DNA from: Raillietiella orientalis
Lineage: Eukaryota
Direction: 5' to 3'
DNA length: 64,000 nucleotides
Assembly: GCA_036172245.1 (NCBI GenBank)
Contig: JAYWIR010000062.1
Span: 248,001 to 312,000 of the forward strand
Under the pieces are notes generated by a model. The model saw only the letters and a program-made list of their open reading frames with translations. It was not told the origin of the DNA and searched no databases. Positions within the stretch are counted from its first letter, which is position 1; each line of letters starts with the position of its first letter. Position numbers and translations under genes: made by a program. Shown one piece after another: positions 54,315 to 64,000 of the stretch.

Positions 54315-54780
54315 TGCTTGCGGGTGCCTGAATCTGCTTTCATGCTTCCATAAGAATTGCCTCCTGCTGACATTTCTTAATCCTGTACCGTGGTTGATTG
54401 CACTGATTGCTTTATTAAGAGTGAAACTTTTGTGTTTGGAATGCAGCTCGAAAGCTTCTGTGCATATTAATGTATTCTGTAAGCAAGGTATCGGCCATTT
54501 GTGCACTAAAGCGAGGTGTACGTCAAGTTACCAACCGCAATGTCTCCCCCAAGGACATTGTCTTTTGAAGAAGGATTTCAAACGGGGAAGTACGGTGTGC
54601 TTTTAAGGGTGTTCGTAATATCCGAAAGTTAATGTCGACTTCGTCTGATTTGTGATCCTGGATGCTATCCTGAATTGTTGTTGTTGATAAAGGTTTGAAG
54701 ATTATTCATCCATCCGTGCTTGGTAACCGTAGTGTTTTGTTTGCATAAAGAGTTCGTGTTTTTTCATCGGAGAAAATGTG
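53950..54780. promoter_or_regulatory. Probable (possibly bidirectional) promoter and non-coding leader exon for PITPNC1/ORC5
   Basis: CpG-retaining island upstream of the CpG-poor PITPNC1-ORC5 body. Candidate + strand donor TTG|GTAACC at 54722/54723. Minus-strand exon-like segments begin just to its left. Confidence 0.4.
54285..54311. repeat. (TG)n microsatellite
   Basis: Read directly. Similar tracts: (GA)n ~1019-1041, (GCC)n ~38391-38413, (CA)n ~44605-44627, and (TG)n ~60164-60182 within ORC5 intron 9. Confidence 0.9.
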
Positions 54781-55180
54781 CGTATATCCCTTAACCCGTT
54801 TGTTGGCGTTTTTCGCATTCCCAATTAGTACATGACAGACTTATAAGTTGCAAGATAAAAAAAAAATGCTTTCTCCACTTTTAGATTTCTCCACTTACTT
54901 ATCTTTCAATAAGTAAACATGCATTCTGTAATTAGTAAAGTAGCTTTGATAATCCAATGCTGTGGAAACATGGCAAAGCAGTGAAAATTTAAATGTCAGG
55001 GTAGTCAAAGTGCCATTATAAAGACATATGAAGAATATGTACAATTTTGCACAGTATTGTTAGATGGTATTCTGTTGTCTGAAGTACTGAGTGTGTATAC
55101 TTTTCACCAATTTATAAACTGAATATTTGGTTACTTGTGATAACTCTTCAAGTGGCCTCAGTCAGTCTCAAGCTTTGATA

Positions 55181-55933
55181 ATGGTTATCAAAGAGTATCG
55201 CATTTGCTTACCAATGTCAATTGAAGAATATAGAATAGGCCAGTTATATATGATTGCAAAGCATAGTTTCGAGCAGTCAGATAAAGGTGAAGGTGTGGAA
55301 GTTGTTGTGAATGAACCTTGCAATCATGCTGAATTTGGCAGTGGACAGTATACTGAGAAACGAATTCATTTATCCAGTAAGTTACCAAAGTGGATTCAAA
55401 ATATCTTGCCTCGAATTTTTTACATAACTGAAAAAGCATGGAATTATTATCCCTACACAGAAACCGTGTATAGTTGTTCTTTTATTCCAAGATGCATAGT
55501 GACTATTAAGACCAAATTCAAAAGTGATAATGGCCAGACCTCAAACGTCTTTTCCCTAAGCAGTGATCAGTTAGGATGTGAAGTTGATTTTGTTGATATT
55601 GTGACTGACCCCTACCCTGAAAAACATTACAGAGCTTCGGAAGATTTAAAAATCTTTCATTCCGAAAAAACTTCACGTGGACCGTTATCAGAAAATTGGC
55701 TGACATATCACCAACCAATTATGTGTTCATATAAGCTTGTTGATGTTAAATTTGAAATTTGGGGGTTACAGGATAAAGTAGAGAACTTTGTTCATTCAGC
55801 TATAAGGGATGTGTTGCTTGTGGCTCATCGTCAAGCATTTGCATGGATTGATGAATGGTATGAAATGACCATAGATGATGTTAGATTGTATGAAAAGAAT
55901 ATGCACGAAATGACAAATCAGAAAGTGCTGTGA
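55181..55933 (+). CDS. PITPNC1: Cytoplasmic phosphatidylinositol transfer protein 1 (rdgB-beta, class IIB PITP), 250 aa, intronless CDS
   Basis: Uninterrupted ORF MVIKEYRICLPMSIEEYRIGQLYMIAKHS...GQYTEKRIHL...YITEKAWNYYPYT...HRQAFAWIDEWY. The PITP inositol-binding T/K (YTEK) and E/N (EKAWN) residues are intact. The first ATG is at 55181; the ORF track starts at an upstream non-ATG codon. Confidence 0.96.
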   Translation: MVIKEYRICLPMSIEEYRIGQLYMIAKHSFEQSDKGEGVEVVVNEPCNHAEFGSGQYTEKRIHLSSKLPKWIQNILPRIFYITEKAWNYYPYTETVYSCSFIPRCIVTIKTKFKSDNGQTSNVFSLSSDQLGCEVDFVDIVTDPYPEKHYRASEDLKIFHSEKTSRGPLSENWLTYHQPIMCSYKLVDVKFEIWGLQDKVENFVHSAIRDVLLVAHRQAFAWIDEWYEMTIDDVRLYEKNMHEMTNQKVL

Positions 55934-56185
55934 TTGATAGGGGAATTTTCTAGATGAATGGAAAATATTTTATACAATGTTCATCTGTTACAAATGTTGT
56001 TATTGTTGCATTTGCGATGTATGTTATTTTACTTTACTCTCATTTTGTAGAGTTTTTTTGGTATCAGTTAGTTGCATGTGTGATGAAATATACATCATTA
56101 TTTTAAAATTGGACTAGTATGTTTTATTAAGAAATTAATTTGAGCATACAATACATTGTTTTTGTTTTTTGTTTTTGCTTATCAA

Positions 56186-59100
56186 ATGAAAGATAAAGTA
56201 CTGAAAAAACTGAAAAAGAAAATTAAACATAGAGATGAAGAACTAAATATCATTTTACAATTGATGGGAGAGGTGAGATGTTTTAAGTGGCTGTCTGTGT
56301 CTTTCTTGTTATGTTTTTGAAAACGGTATTTTTTCTGTTTCATCACCTGCAGTCATGTTTGCTCATATCTAGCATATGAAATGACATTTGAAAGTGCAGT
56401 TATAGTTGTGAGAATTCAAAGAATGTAAGACAGAATAATGGCAACATATTTTCAGCCAGATTCAAAATCTCCCCCTTGTATATTTGTCTTTGGTCCACCA
56501 TCAACAGGAAAAACATTTGTTATTCAGCGCATTTTTAAGAGAGTTAAATATCCTTGCATCTTTATCAATTGCTTTCAACATTATCATTCCAGACTGTTGT
56601 ATCAGGAAATCCTATACAAATGTGCAGGTAGGGTGAAATTGTTTTCATGGAAACCCTTGTTTTTATTTTACGCCTCACGTACTTTGCTTTTGTATTTTGT
56701 TTATGTATTTAGTTTCATCTAAGACTATTTTCATCAACCACACTAGAAAAAATTTGTATGCGCTTTTCCAACAAAAAATAATGCATCAGTTGTTGAGCAT
56801 TTGATTGCTTTGCCCATATCAAATGCATAGTTGAGGATTTAAAAATCTTTCATTTGTTTAACACGGATTATGTACTGAGCAGATGTATTCAAAAGTTGTG
56901 GTCATCTCAGGTCTTATTGGAGATCATGAATATGTGGAAAAGTGTTCAAATGCAAGTGATTTCCTTTTCAAATTAACTCACCTTCTCAAAGCCAGCAAAT
57001 TGTGTGAACAAACAGTCTTTGTGGTAAGGCAGATGTTACTAGAATGTTTTTTCATTTTGACTAGGTTTTAGATAATGCAGAAAAATTGAGGTGTCTTGAT
57101 GGAAATATGATTTCTGTATTTGTAAAGTTGCAAGAATGGACAAATCTTAATGTTTCAGTTATATTAATAAGCAAGATTGTTTGGGAGAAATTCCGAAGTG
57201 GGATCCGAGTTGATGATCCTATAACAGTGAAGTTTTCACAGTATGCTAAAGGTAAGTATGTATTCATTGATGGGAATCACAACTAGTGAATTTGGTACTA
57301 GATCAAGTGCTGACTATTTTGAATTTGGAAAAGCAAGATGGCTACCAGAAAGAGTTCTTTTTGAATTTCTTGCGAATAATTTTGAATGTTTTCTTTGTAA
57401 TATCCAGAGATATTAAGGAACTGAAGCACTTGGTGAGCAGAAATTCCTATGTTTGTTTTTGTGTGGTGATTGACTCTGTGCTTTTCTGTGATCAGTAGCA
57501 ACTTTTTTAAAATGAAAATAAGAATTTTGCTTCAAATGTGCTTTATCAGAAATGGAAGTGCTATGTCATTAGTTGTTGAATCAGGTTAACCTTAGAATGT
57601 TCTTGGTGACCAAAATAAGTAATGGTTATATGAATTTCTGCAGTCCTGTCAGTTCCGTTTATTAATTAAAGTGAGTTTGAATTTTGCCCTGAGACATTTA
57701 AGCAACTGAAACATCTGAATAGCATCTTGTATTGCTGTATGGAAAGTAGTGAAAAAGAAAATATTTGTAATTTTCCATGGTTTATGATGCCAGTGAATTA
57801 ATATTTCTGTATGCATGAACTTTTTAGAAATCACTTTGTGGTGTTACATATGCCTTTCTTTCTTTCAAAGGTACGATTAAGTTTCTCCAAATATTGTGAG
57901 CCTGTGCAGTCAGGAGAAATACATCCAGATGATATCGGTAAATTGTGGAAGAGAATGGAACCGTATTTTAAACAGACTTTGCATGAAGTATATCCAGGAC
58001 AAGTAAACAGGTACTAGATAATCGTAACGTTTTCAATGGAACTCTTGTTTTAAAGTCACAAGTGGAATTTGATCAATGTCAGACAACCAACACTAGAAGA
58101 GGCTTGGCATTGCTGTGTTGAGTTGCCCTTTTATACTAAATTTTTGCTTATTGCCTCATATTTGGCCTCATATAATTCAGCATCGTTGGATCAACGCCTG
58201 TACTTAAAGGTATCCTACAAAAGCGGAATATTTGGAAGCATTTTCGAAATAGCTACTGAAGGAAACTTATTCAATTTAAATTTAGTATTTATTTTTAAAG
58301 ATGTAATTGAATATGTATGTATTGCATGTCTTTTGCATACTACTTATTCAGGCCAGCATGTGAACCATAGGTTTGTTTACAAGAGTTTCTGCTAAGAATA
58401 CTTCAACTTCAAACCCTCGATAATTGTGAATCTAATTGCGTTGTTAATTGCTTAAATTTAATTTAATCAGTTGTCATCCTTCAAGTCAGGATTAAGTAAT
58501 TATGAAGTTACGCATTAAATCAAAAGGTGAGTGAGCTTATTAAATAAGGTGATAATAAAGACGATGCTCTGTGAAGCAAAGAATTTCATAACCACATGAA
58601 CTTAGTGGAGCATAAGTGTAGAATACTGAACTTAAAAAAAGATTGCTTTTAATGGTAGATTTAAATGCAGAGCCATTCCAAAATAATCTTATGGTAATGA
58701 CAAGAAGATATTTTTATTTCGAGCGTCAGTTGACACACAAAAAGCCATTTTCACATTCATTCCTTGATTTAGCGCCAGTAAAAAAAAAAAAAAATAGCTC
58801 ATGTATTTACAACTGGATAGGATGGAAACTGGCACCATCCAAGTTTCTGTTCAATATGTTGAAGATCCGTTTCTACGGAAGTGTTTCTCGAGGAGAGTAT
58901 TCTCGATCAGGCTAAGTGATTTTATGTAATCACAAGACAGAAAGTTTTCAAATATGTAATGAGTAAACAAATTGAGTGCACTGATGACTACTAGTCAGTT
59001 TGACACAAAAAGTGGTATGTGTTGCCATGTCGATGTCAAGCACCAGCTCCCCCGAGTTGTAGTCTCTTCTGGAATCTGCAGTTTTCTTCATCTTTTGGCA

Positions 59101-60411
59101 TGTTGCTTTCCTTTTTATCTGTTTTTAAAGCCTCCAAGTTCTTGCTGCATTCTTGATATTCAGCTTCTAAGGAATGATATCAAGGTTCTTCTTGCCTTGG
59201 TGTCACGTTCCTTTTCTATCTGCTTCCGGCAGGATGCAGGATAACCGTGCCATTGCCTTTCCGAGTGTCATGTTCCCAAAATGTATTCGGTTTTTCTGAT
59301 GTGGCTGTGACAAATGTCTGAGTATATCAGCGCTTTCTGCTCATAGTTCAATCCTATTGGTATTCACTTGGCTGCAGTTTTTTGAGTAACCAAGTCAACT
59401 GACAGCTGCTCTGAAAATGCCAATAATACCCCAAACTTTTGAAGGTATGTCGACTCATCAGTGAATGCTTTTCATCTCCCCCTTTCCTCGTTCACTTGAT
59501 GCACTCTAGATTTCTGGATCTAGTCTTACAAGTTTTTGAGTTAATTACTTCCACCTTTGGGAGAATTACTTTCTGAGTGCATTTGCGTCCGCATTCTCAG
59601 TGCAGAAGTGCAGCAGCAGCCCCCTGAGATGGGAGCTTGTTGCTATGGCCATTTTGGCCATTCAAGTAGCAGGTGATGGCTGCAACCATGTAGATAGGAA
59701 TCGTGGCTCTTTTCACTATTGACCAGGTCCTCCATTTCATCTGCTTGATTGCCCTGTTAATTTAAATGAAATGATTGTTTTGTTCAGTCAGGTTTTTTTT
59801 TTTATCCGTATTATTGAGCAAACCCATCATGTGCACTATTGTGTTGATATCATTTGGATAATAATAGATTAGCTGAATGATTTGAGCAAGAATTCTATGT
59901 AATTGAATGACCAGTTCCCTTTATTTTCCTTGTTTATTGATTGCCTTTTGGTTTCAGAAATGTGAACCCCAGTCCAAACGAAGAACAAAACGCAAAAAGG
60001 TTAAGTTATTTTCCAGTCATAATGTTTGTTCATTTTCCTTTGTAGACGTGCACTCAATTCAAAGGCCCCAGAATGTTTCCATTGCACCGTCTCCTCGCCA
60101 TATTCCATTCCATCGTCGATGAGAAAGTTCCTTCTTATGTCCAAATCCTTCCTCAAGTATATTTTGTGTGTGTGTGTGTGTGTTTTCCTAAATCTCTTGA
60201 ACATTTTTCCAGATAAGCTTACTGGTAAAATTATCCATGCTTTACCGGTCATGCAACAAGGACAGCTTGAAAATGCCGAGGTTTCGTTGCCTTGTCACCC
60301 TCCCGTTCCTGACTTCTGTTGCCAGGTATTTCAGGTGGGAATTCCAACAGCTGGACTGAATCTTTCAGAACCGTAAATTTCCCCGTCGATGGTTACCTAC
60401 TGGATTCTTAG
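56186..60411 (+). CDS. ORC5: Origin recognition complex subunit 5, 11 exons: 56186-56272, 56456-56627, 56911-57023, 57065-57251, 57302-57432, 57871-58010, 58056-58209, 59958-59999, 60046-60156, 60213-60325, 60369-60411
   Basis: All introns are GT-AG and phase-consistent. The joined CDS is 1293 nt (430 aa + TAG). Motifs: Walker A GPPSTGKT, VLDNAEKLR, IVWEKF, RDIKELKHL, KYCEPV, VELPFYTKFLLIASYLASYN, GPRMFPLHRLLAIF, and C-terminal ARTVNFPVDGYLLDS*. These are colinear with animal ORC5. Confidence 0.95.
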
Positions 60412-60999
60412 GAATTCTCAGTTGCCGGAAATTGGAACTCATCTTTATCAATATTCTCTCATCATTTTTGCAAATACATTTTATATTATTTTTTCAGCAT
60501 TTCTGAATCTGTCACGGAGCTGAATTTAATGTGCTATGCATGCATTTGGTGTATTAGAAACAATGCATTGTATGGGTTTAGAGGATTGCTGGAGTTTGCT
60601 AAGACGTGCAACCCGAATTTTTTCTACTGTTTGGTGGAACATCGCACGTGAATTTAGTTATCAATGCGAAGATGTGTGCCAACTTCAGATGTTTTCGGCC
60701 AATTCGCGTGCCCTCACGTGCCCACGTCCCGGGGTCGTGCCGCAGTGCAGATTCGAAAATGAGTTCCCACCAGGAGCCAAGAAAACCGTTAATGGTGGCT
60801 CTACAGCTGGCAGGCCCCAGGCGTGGGAGCACAAGTCGACCAACTTGAGACTTCCCCGATCCCACCGGGGTGGGGGAGTTGCATTTCTTTTTGCATTCAC
60901 TCTGCAGACTCTTTCGTTCCACTCCGAACAAAGTTCAGTATTATTTTTCCCATTGAAGTTTACTTCGGGAGCTCACTGCACTAAGGTTCCGCACTTGGG

Positions 61000-63900
61000 T
61001 GCACAAGGTTTTTTTTTTTTTGGGGGGGGGGGGGGACATTGTCCCCGATCCTTTTCAGGATGTATCGGTATGTCCATGGCCTGGCTCTCTGACACCACAG
61101 TTCCGTGTGCCGATCTCTCTTCGGGTAATTCCTTCCAGGATGACTTCCGTGGGAGATACGGCCGTTCCACCGGTCCTCATCTTCCACCGTCTGATTAGGA
61201 TGGCCGTAATAAGCAGGGCAATGGTCGTCCTAAGCATGGGATCGTACTAAGGGACGTTACCGCTTCCTTGAAACATCTTGGCCGGGGCTTCCGTCGGCGG
61301 ATGGTTCTGCAGCCCTCTGACCCTTTGCAGAGTCTGCCAGTCTTGATGCACTGAGGGGCAGATCACGAAGAAGTCTCGAACCCGCAGCCCTCGTCTCCTC
61401 TTGCGCCTGTGAAGTATTTCATCCTGGACCCGCGCGGGGTTCCGCCACTACAGAACATCGGGAGGTTTTCCTGGGCGTCCGGCGGTAGGTCACTCTTCCG
61501 GAGCACCAACGTCGCGATCGCCAACAGGTTGACTGTGTCGGCCCCGTAGCGATGAACAGCTTCTTGGAGGGCACTGATGTCTTTGTCTTGTTCCCCTATG
61601 ATGCGGCGTAAAGTTCGTTTGTTCACCCTGGGACCACGCGTAGCTGCTGTGGTTCTTCCACACTTCACGGGTCCTGCGGGTGCACCTCCCCGTCATCTTG
61701 TCGATACATTGAAGTATCCTGGAGTGGTGCAGGAAACCACTCCTTCTCGATTGCATTCTCTGTAGGGTGGCTCGAGCCTCTGCTACAAGGAACATCCGAA
61801 GAGATCTCGGCACGGGAGGGAAGTGATGGTGAAGAAGGATTCTTTGGCAACTTGAGCGACATCGTTGGAAGTCCCACTGAAGAGGAAGACAACATCGCAG
61901 AAGTACAACGAGTACCCATGCCAAACGAAACTACAGAATCCGGTGCAAATCTCCTCTTCCTAAGAATACTCACTATATATCCAAAAGAATGAGGAAGGAA
62001 AAGGAAAAAGTGCTGGTTCAAAATAGCCTAATCCCGACCGATCAGGATGATGATTAAAACGGAAGGAAACCTCGATGAAGAACCTCATCATCCCTCGGAA
62101 GCAGAACGTAAGTTGGCTGAGGAGGAAGAGTCGGTAAATGAAGAAAACGTTGAAGGACAAAAGGTAGAAACTGAAATACTCAGAATGGCGCGGGCACGAA
62201 GGACTAAGGAAAGTTAGTCCTTCGGGGACGGCGGCGACCACTCCACGAAACTACCAATAGAAAGAGAGCATTTCCAAGCCATCTACCAATCGGAGAACAC
62301 ACGCGACTTTGAAGTGGCGCGTACGGAAATCGCATATCTAAAGTAAAAACCATCCTAAAAATAAAAGAAACGAAACCGTTGAAGAGGGAGCTGCTGATAA
62401 AGTTGAATGTTGCATAATTTTCGAGTTTCCTTTTCATTTAGAAACAGAAAAACCAACATGAACCGAAGAAGAGCGATAAGAACGACATTCGGACACAAAA
62501 ACAGCGTGCGCTCCCTCGACACCCGAAAAATAGAGGACTCCTTTCAGCCCTACTTTTCCAGGAGCTGGAAATCTCCAGAGCAGCGGATGGAAACCTGATG
62601 GGAAACACCCCACTCGGAAGGAGACAAGGGACCCCTCCCCTCCTTGAATATGACTCCCTTCTCCACCAAAGAGGTAGCAGAAAAAACTTCAGCTCAGGAA
62701 CGGATGGAATCACACACACGCAGGATGGAGAAAAGTGACTGCGATGTGATTACCCCCATACTTGGCATTCTATCGAAAACGATGAGAATAATTCCCCTGC
62801 TGGAAGTGCGCGAAAACCATCCTGCTCCCGAAACCAGGAAGAACGCTTCAGGAATTGGCAGATTGGGGACGGATCTCCATTGGTAACAGCATATACAGAT
62901 TGTACGCGAAACGCCTTTCCTCAAGAATTAAAGAGAAATGGACAATGAAATGATAAGCCCTCAGGAGAAAGGTTCCATGCCATTTTATGGAGTCCTGGAT
63001 CAAAATTCCATCCTGCAAACGCGTTTGGATCACGCGAGAAGATGTAGCAAAGATCTACGACCAGCCTTCCTTGATCTTACAAACGCATTTGGAAATATCT
63101 CTCACGAGTTTGTGTTAGGAGCTCTTAGAGGAACAGGATTGGGTGAGCAGTTCGTTACCCTCGTCAAAGACCTGCATGAGGACAGCACGACGTTCATCCA
63201 AGCGGAGTCCGCGGTCGCAGAACTGCTACAATTAGGAGGAGAGGGGTAAAAAAAGGATGCCCTCTGAGCTCCTTGCTCTTCGTGTGGTCCTTAGAGCCAG
63301 CAATTAGGACAATGAAAGAATCCTACGGGGAAGGCAGCGCACTGGCCTACGCAGATGATTTGGTGATCCCTGCTGACCCCAGGAAGAACTGAAAAAACGA
63401 ATGGTCCACTGTTGGAGTCGCTGTTGGGAAGAATTGGACTCACCGTCAACCCCACAAAGTGCGCAACACTGTTCTACCTTGGAAGAACACCAAAAGGCCT
63501 GAAACACATGGAGGTCCAACTCAAAAATGGTTGCATTCCGAACATGGAACTTTCGGAAGCCTACAAGTTCCTTGGAACGCCATCCGGAATGGAGATCTTC
63601 AACAAGCAACCTACAAAAGAAGATATCTTTCTAAAAACAGAAAAAGTTCTATCATCCGGAATGTCACCGGGGCAGAAGTCGGATGCACTTCAAGTATTCT
63701 TCTTCCCTAACCTCATCTACTCCGAGAGGGTAGGGATGCATCCGAAATCGTATCGGGAATATCCAGATATAAGGCTGCTACTCAAGGAAATACTGCGCCT
63801 CCCTCCGACTTCCGCGAACGAATATATATCTACGGTGACAAGAAAAAAAGTTGCCTTAGGCTCTTGAGCCTATCCGATGAGGCTGACACCTTCATCGTGG

Positions 63901-64000
63901 CTTGTTGTTTCAAGCTTTGAACATCGGCACACAAAATTGTAAGAAGTCTCGCCGGAGAATCCTTGCGTGAGGTGGTAGCAAAGAAAACACTTCAACCACC
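61000..64000 (+). mobile_element. Degenerate Utopia-like (R2-group, RLE-type) non-LTR retrotransposon, running off the right edge
   Basis: Frameshifted RT motifs in order: NRRRAIR (~62460), GTDGIT (~62700), WKCAKTILLPK...DWGRISIGNSIYRLYAKRL (~62800-62930), ISPQEKGSMPFYG...FLDLTNAFG (62950-63095), GVKKGCPLSSLLF (~63245), ALAYADDLVI (~63340), GLTVNPTKC, YKFLG, SPGQKSDALQVFFFP, LRLPPTSANEY. The 5' boundary is approximate; a CPWPGS zinc-finger-like remnant lies near 61070. Confidence 0.88.

Noticed and set aside
56080..56148. C/D-box snoRNA candidate in the PITPNC1-ORC5 gap (GTGATGA...TTGA)
   Set aside because: The D box is non-canonical, the terminal stem is weak and there is no recognisable rRNA guide.
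60498..60651. Alternative ORC5 last exon after TTTTCAG at 60497
   Set aside because: Exon 60369-60411 gives the conserved RTVNF...YL C-terminus, whereas this frame has no ORC5 similarity.

Overview
This is eukaryotic genomic DNA from an invertebrate animal (probably an arthropod or other ecdysozoan; the organism cannot be fixed from sequence). It has two compositional domains. (1) About 1-51.5 kb is very GC/CpG-rich and mostly intronic. It holds the 5' part of a large minus-strand SLC4A11/BTR1-like anion-transporter gene: two recognisable coding exons at 15819-14514 and 3096-3012, joined across an 11.4 kb intron, with the gene continuing past the left edge. It also holds candidate alternative first exons, heavily decayed retroelement fragments, AT-rich enhancer-like islands, many G/C homopolymers and a 26-bp minisatellite. 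Almost all ORF-track ORFs in this domain are GC artefacts. (2) About 52-60.5 kb is AT-rich and CpG-poor. It holds an intronless PITPNC1/rdgB-beta gene (55181-55933), followed only 252 bp later by a complete 11-exon ORC5 gene (56186-60411, 430 aa) with six introns of just 41-56 nt. From about 61 kb to the right edge lies a frameshifted Utopia-like (R2-group) non-LTR retrotransposon. The most interesting signal is the PITPNC1-ORC5 arrangement, which could be a retrogene nested in the ORC5 leader or a dicistronic/operon-like unit. All homology calls are from recalled motifs; no database search was run.
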